Assembly: GCA_000993955.1 (NCBI GenBank)
Contig: LBZW01000006.1
Span: forward strand, 1-56,357
DNA: 56,357 nt
Direction: 5' to 3'
Source of the DNA: Candidatus Nomurabacteria bacterium GW2011_GWA2_40_9
GTDB taxonomy: Bacteria; Patescibacteriota; Minisyncoccia; Phycocordibacterales; UBA9973
In this document: piece by piece, positions 18,563 through 26,369 of the stretch
Position numbering within the stretch: the first letter of the stretch is position 1
Layout: every line of letters begins with the position of its first letter
Translations under genes and position numbers: made by a program
Notes under the pieces: generated by a model
Databases searched by the model: none
Seen by the model: only the letters and a program-made list of their open reading frames with translations
Told to the model about the DNA's origin: nothing

Positions 18563-19222
18563 ATGAAAATAGGCATTTCCATGCGAACAGCTCCCATTCT
18601 ACAAACTCGTGAAAATCACGATATGATTAGTCATGATTGGCTAAATTTTTTACACTCCTTGCAATTTGAATGGGTACTTATTCCAAATCTTAAAAAACAA
18701 CCTCTTAAAGATAACATACAAGCATTAATATTGAGTAATGGGAATGACATCGGAATGTTTAATAATCGAGATAAAAGTTTTTTATCTGATGTTTCTTCTG
18801 AAAGAGATGAAACAGAGCTTCAGCTTCTTCAGCATGCCATTAAAAATAAACTACCTGTTCTTGGAGTGTGCCGTGGTATGCAATTTATTAATGGGTATTT
18901 TAATGGAGAACTTAAAAAAATCCATTCGCCTATGGAACATGCTGGATGTCACCATCAAATTGATATTATTGACAGCCGGTTTACCCCCGCGTTAGGCAAA
19001 GAACTCACAGTTAATTCTTTTCACAAATTTGGTGTCTTCACAGATCATATTTCAAATAATTTAAGAACATTTGCAGTCCATCGGCAACATAAAATCTGTG
19101 AAGGCCTTTATCATCCGGAGTTGCCTATAGTAGGAATTCAATGGCATCCAGAACGTCAAAGTTCAGATGGAGAAAAGGTTAAATTATTCATTAATAACTT
19201 TCTACGAGGTCATTTTTTTTGA
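18563..19222 (+). CDS. Class I glutamine amidotransferase / peptidase C26 gamma-glutamyl hydrolase (Cj1417-like)
   Basis: Nucleophile elbow LPVLGVCRGMQFING and His motif IVGIQWHPE. ATG at 18563 lies 2 nt after the upstream stop; the track ORF from 18473 is an out-of-context extension. Confidence 0.7.
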   Translation: MKIGISMRTAPILQTRENHDMISHDWLNFLHSLQFEWVLIPNLKKQPLKDNIQALILSNGNDIGMFNNRDKSFLSDVSSERDETELQLLQHAIKNKLPVLGVCRGMQFINGYFNGELKKIHSPMEHAGCHHQIDIIDSRFTPALGKELTVNSFHKFGVFTDHISNNLRTFAVHRQHKICEGLYHPELPIVGIQWHPERQSSDGEKVKLFINNFLRGHFF

Positions 19223-20022
19223 AACAACCCATAACACCTAAACTTATTATTTTAGCAGCCGGTGAAGGCAGCAGGTTAAAACCTTACACTCTTGATAAGC
19301 CCAAGTGTCTTGTTCCATTACATGGCAAAAGTATTCTCAGTTGGCAAGTTAGTTTGGCTCATCAATTTAATATTTATGACATTATTGTAGTTAAAGGTTA
19401 TAAACACGAAAAAATCCAGGAAAACCACATTCGAAGCTATATTAATACAGCTTATGATCACACAAATATGGTTGAAACACTCTGGTGCGCCCAAGAAGAG
19501 TTTAAAGAAGATATTATTATCTCGTATGGAGATATCTTATATAATGCAGATGTACTCTCAGCCTTAATACAGTCGCCTCATGATATTTCCGTTGTTATTG
19601 ACAAAGACTGGTTGCAGTACTGGAAGCAACGTTTTATAAATCCCTTAGAGGACGCTGAAAGTTTACATATAGATAGTTCAGGTAAAATACTAGAGATTGG
19701 TCAAAAAGTTAGCGATTACACAAAAATTCAAGGTCAATTTATTGGATTAATGCGATTTAAAAATAATGGCATTAAGGCTCTTAAAAATTTTTATATGCTA
19801 GCTAAAGAAGAGACAGGTTGTGGAAAAAAAATTTTTAGAACCCCTCGTCCTTTTCACAAGATTTTTATGACTGATTTTTTACAAGGCATGATTGATTTTG
19901 GATATCCTATACTTGAAGTCCCCATAAAAAGGAATTGGTTAGAAATTGATTCACCTTCAGACTATGATTTAGCTAAACAAATAACAATATCAGAAACTTC
20001 ACAGTTAAAATTTTTAAGCTGA
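19219..20022 (+). CDS. Nucleotidyltransferase (Cj1416-like CTP:phosphoglutamine cytidylyltransferase candidate; LicC-like fold)
   Basis: LIILAAGEGSRLKPYTLDKPKCLVPL motif. TTG start in a TTGA overlap with the upstream stop. Confidence 0.65.
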   Translation: MKQPITPKLIILAAGEGSRLKPYTLDKPKCLVPLHGKSILSWQVSLAHQFNIYDIIVVKGYKHEKIQENHIRSYINTAYDHTNMVETLWCAQEEFKEDIIISYGDILYNADVLSALIQSPHDISVVIDKDWLQYWKQRFINPLEDAESLHIDSSGKILEIGQKVSDYTKIQGQFIGLMRFKNNGIKALKNFYMLAKEETGCGKKIFRTPRPFHKIFMTDFLQGMIDFGYPILEVPIKRNWLEIDSPSDYDLAKQITISETSQLKFLS

Positions 20023-20051
20023 AGGGCTTCTGATCTCTAAGGTAGGCACCT

Positions 20052-20567
20052 ATGGTTTTATGGTTAATCGGAATGTCAGGCGCTGGAAAGACAGTAATTG
20101 GACGTGAAGTGTATGTTCAATTAAAAAAAACATATAAAAATATCATTTTTTTCGATGGGGATACTATTCGAGAACTCATGGGAAATGATTTAGGTTATAA
20201 CATTTCGGATAGGAAAAAAAATGCAAATAGAATATGTCGGCTTTGTCATTTCTTTGACGCACAAGGTATCCATGTCATCTGTGGTATCTTGTCAATTTTT
20301 CATGAATCTCAAAAATGGAATAAAGAAAACATTAAAGATTATTACGAGGTATATTTAAAAACTTCCCTTAAAATATTACAAATGAGAGATTCAAAAAATC
20401 TTTATAGGCAATCACAAAAAGGTGAGACACACCATGTTGTAGGCATGGACATTAAATTTCCCGAACCTTTAAACCCAGATCTTATCGTACACAATGACGG
20501 CGCAGACTCTGTAGAAGATATAGCTCAAACCATTATATCTAAACTCATTGAAAGAAAACTTATTTAG
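20052..20567 (+). CDS. APS-kinase-fold nucleotide 3'-kinase (CysC/Cj1415-like; cytidine diphosphoramidate kinase candidate)
   Basis: P-loop LIGMSGAGKT, FFDGDTIR, DRKKNANR and the LYRQSQKGE..VVGMD..FPEP layout of adenylylsulfate kinases. Confidence 0.7.
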   Translation: MVLWLIGMSGAGKTVIGREVYVQLKKTYKNIIFFDGDTIRELMGNDLGYNISDRKKNANRICRLCHFFDAQGIHVICGILSIFHESQKWNKENIKDYYEVYLKTSLKILQMRDSKNLYRQSQKGETHHVVGMDIKFPEPLNPDLIVHNDGADSVEDIAQTIISKLIERKLI

Positions 20568-20572
20568 ATAAA

Positions 20573-21268
20573 ATGAATTACGAATACCACCATAAAAATA
20601 CTTTAGAAAACCCCTGCAATTACATGTACACACCATTTTATGGTGATTCATTTCTAAAAAGCTATTTTAGAAATCGGGAAAACTCTATAGCCATTCTTCA
20701 AGATAGAACGCATCTAAAAACTATCCAAATAGTAGATATTATAAAGAAAGAAAATATAGAGGCCCTCTTCTATCTTCTTAATGGTAACACGAAGGATAAA
20801 ACTAGAAAAACCCTCTCTCAATTGTTAAAGAATAGTCAAGAATGGCTTAAGATCCTAGAAAAAAAAGAGCGTGTAAATACACTTGAAATATTCGAGAATT
20901 TATTGATAGCCATTCTTCTGGGAAATAAAAAATCGCATAAAAATATTTGTTTTTATTTAAATATTTTCTTAAAAAGATATGAACTCTCTAAGCATCTTTT
21001 TACACATTATAATGGCTCTACTTTTAAAAAAAGTGGGGGAGACTATACGTTATTATCAAGCTATGTTTACTTTTCGCTCCTATTGAGCTTGGCTTACTTT
21101 AGATTAAAGAACATTAAGTATTTAAATACTACCCTAAAAATAAATGATATGCTTTGTTCAAATTTAAACAACCTCCAGAACCATTTTGATAGATCCGCAT
21201 TTTTTATATCATTAATATTGGAAATACACCTTGTAAAATTACTTATGGTCAAAAAGGGGCTGTCATGA
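20573..21268 (+). CDS. Hypothetical protein (231 aa), probably alpha-helical, no family recognised
   Basis: ORF tightly packed in the operon: 5-nt spacer upstream, ATGA overlap downstream. Confidence 0.5.
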   Translation: MNYEYHHKNTLENPCNYMYTPFYGDSFLKSYFRNRENSIAILQDRTHLKTIQIVDIIKKENIEALFYLLNGNTKDKTRKTLSQLLKNSQEWLKILEKKERVNTLEIFENLLIAILLGNKKSHKNICFYLNIFLKRYELSKHLFTHYNGSTFKKSGGDYTLLSSYVYFSLLLSLAYFRLKNIKYLNTTLKINDMLCSNLNNLQNHFDRSAFFISLILEIHLVKLLMVKKGLS

Positions 21269-22014
21269 TTCTTCAAGATATCGGCATGGTACTTGTCTCA
21301 TCATCCCGTTCAAAAGCTTACTTACAAATACTCTTGAAGCATGATATTAAGCCTTCACACGTAATTATGATTGACCACCAAAGGGAAACTCTTTTGCCAG
21401 GGCAGAGAATTTCTGATGTATCACAATCACAAGAAATAAAAGATTCTTCAGTCCCCAAAAAGAAGTCTCAAGACTATTTTAACCCTGAGGAACAACTTAT
21501 AGAAACTTTGACCAAACACCACATCTCACATGAAATAATTTATAGCCAAGACGTGAACAATCCACACGTTATAAGCGCTTTAAAAAATAGGCGGGAAAAA
21601 TATTTCATCTATTCAGGATTCGGAGGCGGAATTTTGAAATCAGATATTTTGAATATTGGCAAAGATTTTATCCATATCCATTCGGGATTAATTCCATCCT
21701 ACCGTGGGAGCACAACGATTTATTATAGCATATTGAATGAAAATAAATGCACTGCAACAGCTTTTTTTCTAAACGAACACCTTGACAGTGGAGACATTAT
21801 TAAAATAAAAGAATTCCCTAAACCAAAAAATGGAGAAACAATCGACTTTATTTATGACGCACACATTCGATCTCTCTTGCTTTTAGAGGTACTACAAGAA
21901 TATATAAAAATCGGCGCCTTTAAAAGAAGGGCCCAAAGCGCTCAACAGGGAGAAACTTATTTTATAATTCATCCTGTTTTAAAACACTTGGCCATTTTAA
22001 CATGCAAAAAATAA
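21265..22014 (+). CDS. Formyltransferase-fold protein (Formyl_trans_N-like)
   Basis: IHIHSGLIPSYRGST resembles the HxSLLPxxRG motif of formyltransferases, followed by LDSGDII (substrate-loop Asp). Confidence 0.5.
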   Translation: MILQDIGMVLVSSSRSKAYLQILLKHDIKPSHVIMIDHQRETLLPGQRISDVSQSQEIKDSSVPKKKSQDYFNPEEQLIETLTKHHISHEIIYSQDVNNPHVISALKNRREKYFIYSGFGGGILKSDILNIGKDFIHIHSGLIPSYRGSTTIYYSILNENKCTATAFFLNEHLDSGDIIKIKEFPKPKNGETIDFIYDAHIRSLLLLEVLQEYIKIGAFKRRAQSAQQGETYFIIHPVLKHLAILTCKK

Positions 22015-23033
22015 AATTTATATTTCAATCTACACCCTTTCGATCAGGAGCTACCTTACTGTCAAGAATGTTAAATGCTCATCCGAAAATAGGCTCTCTA
22101 AATGACGATGTAAAATTTTTCCGTTTTTGCTATAATCGATACCTGCCTCTAAATAAAAAAAATGTGCACCGAATGTTAGAAGAGGAGGCGTATCGTCTTT
22201 TACACCGATTTAATATAAAACTTGATGTCAATAAATGCTTTGAAGTCATTAAAAAATATCCTCTGAAACATGACATTATTTATAAAACTATTTTATTACA
22301 CCTTTTTAAGAATCGCCCTAAAGACTTTATCCTAGATAAAGAAACTCTCGCTTGGACTAAAATCCCATTATTTCTTGAATGGTTTCCTAATTCCAAGGCT
22401 TTATTGATTATTCGAGATTTAAGAGACGTTGTTGTCTCATTTAAGAAGTTAACTTTTGCACCTGGGAATGATTACCTCATTGCTTTATTTAATGTAATAG
22501 ATGCTATGGACACTTTTTTAGAACTTCAGCATAAATTTCCTCACCGATTTTATGGCGTTCGTTATGAAATGCTAAAATCTAATCCAAAATCAGAAATGAA
22601 AAAAATATCCCACTTTTTAGGAATTGATTATAGTGCTAATATGTTAAATGAAAAAAAATGGGTGGAGTTTAATGGGGAAAAGTGGATAAATAAAAAACAT
22701 TCTACCTTTTACACCAGTGGTGACTATCAAAATCCAGTGGGTCGCTGGCGACGATTAATCACAGAAGAAGAATTATTCCTATGTGAGTGGATAGGAAAAA
22801 AACAAATGCAAAACTTTGGAATTAAATTTGAAGGATCAAAAATTTCTCAAAAAACATTTAACAGGGCTATACAAATGCTAACCAGCAGTAATGTATTACG
22901 TGAATGCTTTCAACACTGGTGTGAGACTGGCAAAGGGATGGAACGTTATCCATTGGATGCTACGAACCCAAAATATTGGGATAGAGACGTTTTATACAGC
23001 CCCCAAGCCTTTGGGCTGGAGTCATCCAAATAA
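22002..23033 (+). CDS. Sulfotransferase-fold protein
   Basis: 5'-phosphosulfate-binding-loop-like STPFRSGATLLSRML and 3'-phosphate-binding motif LLIIRDLRDVVVSFKK. Confidence 0.7.
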   Translation: MQKIKFIFQSTPFRSGATLLSRMLNAHPKIGSLNDDVKFFRFCYNRYLPLNKKNVHRMLEEEAYRLLHRFNIKLDVNKCFEVIKKYPLKHDIIYKTILLHLFKNRPKDFILDKETLAWTKIPLFLEWFPNSKALLIIRDLRDVVVSFKKLTFAPGNDYLIALFNVIDAMDTFLELQHKFPHRFYGVRYEMLKSNPKSEMKKISHFLGIDYSANMLNEKKWVEFNGEKWINKKHSTFYTSGDYQNPVGRWRRLITEEELFLCEWIGKKQMQNFGIKFEGSKISQKTFNRAIQMLTSSNVLRECFQHWCETGKGMERYPLDATNPKYWDRDVLYSPQAFGLESSK

Positions 23034-23050
23034 AATGGCATATACAATAC

Positions 23051-23686
23051 ATGCATAAGAGAAAAAAAATAGTCATCTTAGGAGGCGGCAGCCATGCGGA
23101 AGTTTTGCTCAGCATACTACAGTTACATACAATAACCATCCTGGGATATACAGATCATATCAAAAAGAGGAATCTGCCCATAAAATACTTAGGGAATGAT
23201 CTCTCAGTTGGCTACCATTCACCAAAAGATATTCAACTTGTTAATGGTTTAGGATCAACGGACTTACCTCTTCAACGCCAATTCATATATGAAAAATTTA
23301 AAAAACTTGGCTATACATTTGCTTCCGTAATTCATCCTAGTGCTATTTTAGCAAAAGATGTAAAACTCTCTGAAGGCGTTCAGCTCATGACCGCTGTTGT
23401 TATTAATGTTAATAGTCAGATAGGAGAAAACTCAATTATCAATACGGGAGCTTTAATAGATCATCATTGTTGTATTGGAAAACATTCTCATATTGCACCG
23501 GGTGTTACTCTTTCTGGTGGTATACACATTGGAAACTGTTGTCTCATTGGTGCTGGCACAACTATTATACAAAATATTTCTATTGGGAACCAAGTAGTCA
23601 TTGGAGCAGGTTCGGTCGTAATTAAAAATGTTTTATCTTGTATCAGGGCAGCTGGCGTACCTGCAAGAACTATTTCAGCGGCATGA
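23051..23686 (+). CDS. NeuD/PglD/LegH-family hexapeptide-repeat sugar N/O-acetyltransferase
   Basis: N-terminal Rossmann-like IVILGGGSHAEVL. C-terminal left-handed beta-helix repeats (IGENSIINTGALIDHHCCIGKHSHIAPGVTLSGGIHIGN...). Confidence 0.8.
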   Translation: MHKRKKIVILGGGSHAEVLLSILQLHTITILGYTDHIKKRNLPIKYLGNDLSVGYHSPKDIQLVNGLGSTDLPLQRQFIYEKFKKLGYTFASVIHPSAILAKDVKLSEGVQLMTAVVINVNSQIGENSIINTGALIDHHCCIGKHSHIAPGVTLSGGIHIGNCCLIGAGTTIIQNISIGNQVVIGAGSVVIKNVLSCIRAAGVPARTISAA

Positions 23687-25509
23687 AGCATCAAAAAATC
23701 AGTGTTGTATTCTCCCCTGACATCATTTCCTTATTATGGCTGCGCCTAACAACCTCAGGTCCTATTTATTTTACTGAAACAGGCGCTCCCCTTTCTACTA
23801 GCCTTTTAAAAAAAACATCCAAATTACTTTATTTTTTAAATATTCATGCCTTTAAATACCACATCGGCACGGGTAGTCAGGGACAAGGATACCTTAATTC
23901 AATTTTTTGTACGGCAAAAGATTTAACTGAAGAATTCACAAATACTTGCAACGAAATAAACCTTATTAATAATTTTAGTGAAAAATTTTTCGATAAAAAC
24001 TTCCTGCTCTTTATAAAAAAATATATCTACTTGCAAATCTGGCATACCATTCGAAATTATCATGGAATCTTAAATAATTATGCTTTAAACTCCATCATCT
24101 ATATTCCACCTAAGTCTTGTGAGTCTTTTGTCTTTGAAAAGTATACATCTGGAGTCAATCATAATTTGACCATTAAAACATTTTCGAAACGATTTAATAA
24201 TATATTACTTATTCTTATTTATTTCTGTTTTTTAATAAAGCGTATGACTATAAGTGGTTTTAAATTTTCAAATTTTAAAAAAGCCCAATATAAAATCATG
24301 ATCGAATGTGATCGATGGACAAATAAAGATCGAACTTTTGACTTGCTGGAATGGTGGGACGATACATCTATTAAAAAAGAAGAAATATTAATATTTTCTC
24401 CCGCTAATCATTCATCTGAAAACTTACCTTTTTACTATGAGCTGAAAAATAAAGGATTTTCTTGTACAGAGTTAAAAGCAAAGCGGAAAATCCCCATATC
24501 TCATCTGAGGAAAATTATATCCCTTCTTGTCTTCTTTCCTTTAAAAAATATACCTCCCTTAGTAAGAAGCAGCCATTGTAATATTTTTTTATTTTTTCTC
24601 ACCCAATTTTTTTATTGGTCAATTTTTTTTTATTACCACAAAGTTAAAATCTTGATTTTATCAAATCCAGTCGATAACGATTATCAAACCATCATTTGCA
24701 ATTTATTTAATTGTTCAACCATTGCCTTTCACACAAGCTATTTTGGAACATTTGATCAACTTAACGCAAGAAATTACCATGTAAATCATTTATTATTATG
24801 GGGAGAAGCTCAAATAAATCCTTCCATTATTGGTACCTCTGTAGACCATACTTATTTTACGGGCTGTCATGCATTGACGAATGTATGTAGAGAAAAAAAA
24901 ATATTGACAAAGCTAAACATTCCAGGAATTAAGACTGGTAAAAAAAATATACTTTTTTTTGATAATACAGTCATTAATGATGCCCCAACAACAGAAGAGG
25001 GATATTTTCAATTTTTAGAAATGCTGATCCAATGCAAAAAAATTCTAAATACAAATGTTATATATAGACCTAAGATTTTAGATCCCTTTGATGAATCGCA
25101 TTTTAGTAACACAAGAAAACTTACCAGAATAAAAAAAACATTAGAGGATCTTCAAATACCCATATTAACCAGAGATAAATATGATTTAAGCTTTATATTC
25201 TCTGCAGCTGATATTGTTGTATCAAACATGACTGCCACACCTAGTATGATTGCCCTCATGCTCGATATTCCTTCATTTTTTTATTTCAAAAACATCAAAC
25301 AAACTCCGGATCCTATTATGAGAAATTATTTAAACGAACTCATCTTTGAAGACCCAGAAAGGCTTATTAAAAAGATTAAAGATGTAAGTGAAGGAGCCGC
25401 ATATGCTCATTTAAGTAACGAAGAAAAGAAAAAGATAAATTATCATCTTGATACCAATGGATTAATAAGATTGCGATCGATAATTACGGAGATTACGAAT
25501 CATTCTTAA
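23683..25509 (+). CDS. Orphan ~608-aa protein with a GT-B/capsule-synthesis-like C-terminal Rossmann domain (candidate glycan-modifying transferase)
   Basis: ATG at 23683 in an ATGA overlap with the acetyltransferase stop. The C-terminal pattern KKNILFFDN...IYRPK...AADIVVSNMTATPSMIALMLDIP resembles GT-B / CDP-glycerol-phosphotransferase / KpsS-like folds. Confidence 0.45.
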   Translation: MKHQKISVVFSPDIISLLWLRLTTSGPIYFTETGAPLSTSLLKKTSKLLYFLNIHAFKYHIGTGSQGQGYLNSIFCTAKDLTEEFTNTCNEINLINNFSEKFFDKNFLLFIKKYIYLQIWHTIRNYHGILNNYALNSIIYIPPKSCESFVFEKYTSGVNHNLTIKTFSKRFNNILLILIYFCFLIKRMTISGFKFSNFKKAQYKIMIECDRWTNKDRTFDLLEWWDDTSIKKEEILIFSPANHSSENLPFYYELKNKGFSCTELKAKRKIPISHLRKIISLLVFFPLKNIPPLVRSSHCNIFLFFLTQFFYWSIFFYYHKVKILILSNPVDNDYQTIICNLFNCSTIAFHTSYFGTFDQLNARNYHVNHLLLWGEAQINPSIIGTSVDHTYFTGCHALTNVCREKKILTKLNIPGIKTGKKNILFFDNTVINDAPTTEEGYFQFLEMLIQCKKILNTNVIYRPKILDPFDESHFSNTRKLTRIKKTLEDLQIPILTRDKYDLSFIFSAADIVVSNMTATPSMIALMLDIPSFFYFKNIKQTPDPIMRNYLNELIFEDPERLIKKIKDVSEGAAYAHLSNEEKKKINYHLDTNGLIRLRSIITEITNHS

Positions 25510-25511
25510 TT

Positions 25512-26369
25512 TTAGGAAAAGCTCCGCCCCTTTTTATTTGGATCTAAATAGAAATAATATTTTTTATTACTAGATTCCCACATATATCCAAAACTTTCCA
25601 TATGTGCAATAATCTTGTTATAATTTACTCCTGAATGTGTATCCAAAACGATATATTTAACTTTTTGTTCTTTCCAAGTCGCTTCTTCACTAAGCAACAG
25701 CTTTTCTTCAGCGCCTTCAATATCAATTTTCATTAAATCAATGTTCTTATTATCAATAGAACGAAAAAGTTCTTTAAAATCAATTGTTCTTACTACTTTA
25801 TATCTCTCGGTTTCTCTTGTAAGACTATATGACATTGAAGAAAACTCAGAACCTATAGGACTGTAAAGTTTCAGATGGCCCATTGTATCTGCTAAAGCAC
25901 AATTAATTAGAGTAAAGAGCTTTTTATTCAACTGGCTAATATTTAAACTTAAAATTTTAAAATTATTGATATCTGGCTCTATAGATATAACATGACCTTC
26001 CTCCCCTACTAGTTCAGACATTAATAATGTATGAGTTCCAATATGAGCACCTATATCACATACTATATCACCCTTTGAAATTAATTTATCGTACTTAATA
26101 TAACGCTCTCTTTCAGTATTTGTAAATCCTTGAAGAATATCAACAAATGATAAACAGAGTATAAATTTTCCATAAGGAACACTATAGACTTTGTTTTTTA
26201 CTCTTTTACAAATAACACTAGTGATCAATACTTTTTTTCCAATGATTACACGACAATAGAGAAACTCAACTATAGAAGCCATAACAGTTATTGCATAATC
26301 AATTTTCTCTATAATGCCAATTCTGGCATAAAATGGATAAAGAGCTGGTATTTTATTTAGAAATCGCAT
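25512..26369 (-). CDS. FkbM-family methyltransferase
   Basis: DIGAHIGTHTLLMSE, ISIEPD and LMKIDIEGAEEKLL motifs. Confidence 0.7.
   Translation of the reverse strand: MRFLNKIPALYPFYARIGIIEKIDYAITVMASIVEFLYCRVIIGKKVLITSVICKRVKNKVYSVPYGKFILCLSFVDILQGFTNTERERYIKYDKLISKGDIVCDIGAHIGTHTLLMSELVGEEGHVISIEPDINNFKILSLNISQLNKKLFTLINCALADTMGHLKLYSPIGSEFSSMSYSLTRETERYKVVRTIDFKELFRSIDNKNIDLMKIDIEGAEEKLLLSEEATWKEQKVKYIVLDTHSGVNYNKIIAHMESFGYMWESSNKKYYFYLDPNKKGRSFS

Noticed and set aside
20052-20567. Reading the CysC-like gene as ordinary assimilatory APS kinase.
   Set aside because: It is embedded in the Cj1418-1417-1416-1415 gene order, and no sulfate adenylyltransferase or PAPS reductase is nearby. This reading is kept only as the alternative hypothesis in the sulfotransferase finding.
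24623-24901. A9/T9 homopolymers as phase-variation tracts. They occur in the orphan transferases and elsewhere: 24623-24631, 24893-24901, 35471-35479, 35947-35955 and 41311-41319.
   Set aside because: Nine-base A/T runs recur throughout this AT-rich window in many genes, so they are not distinctive. Only the G/C runs of 8 or more stand out against the background. A role cannot be excluded without read-level data.
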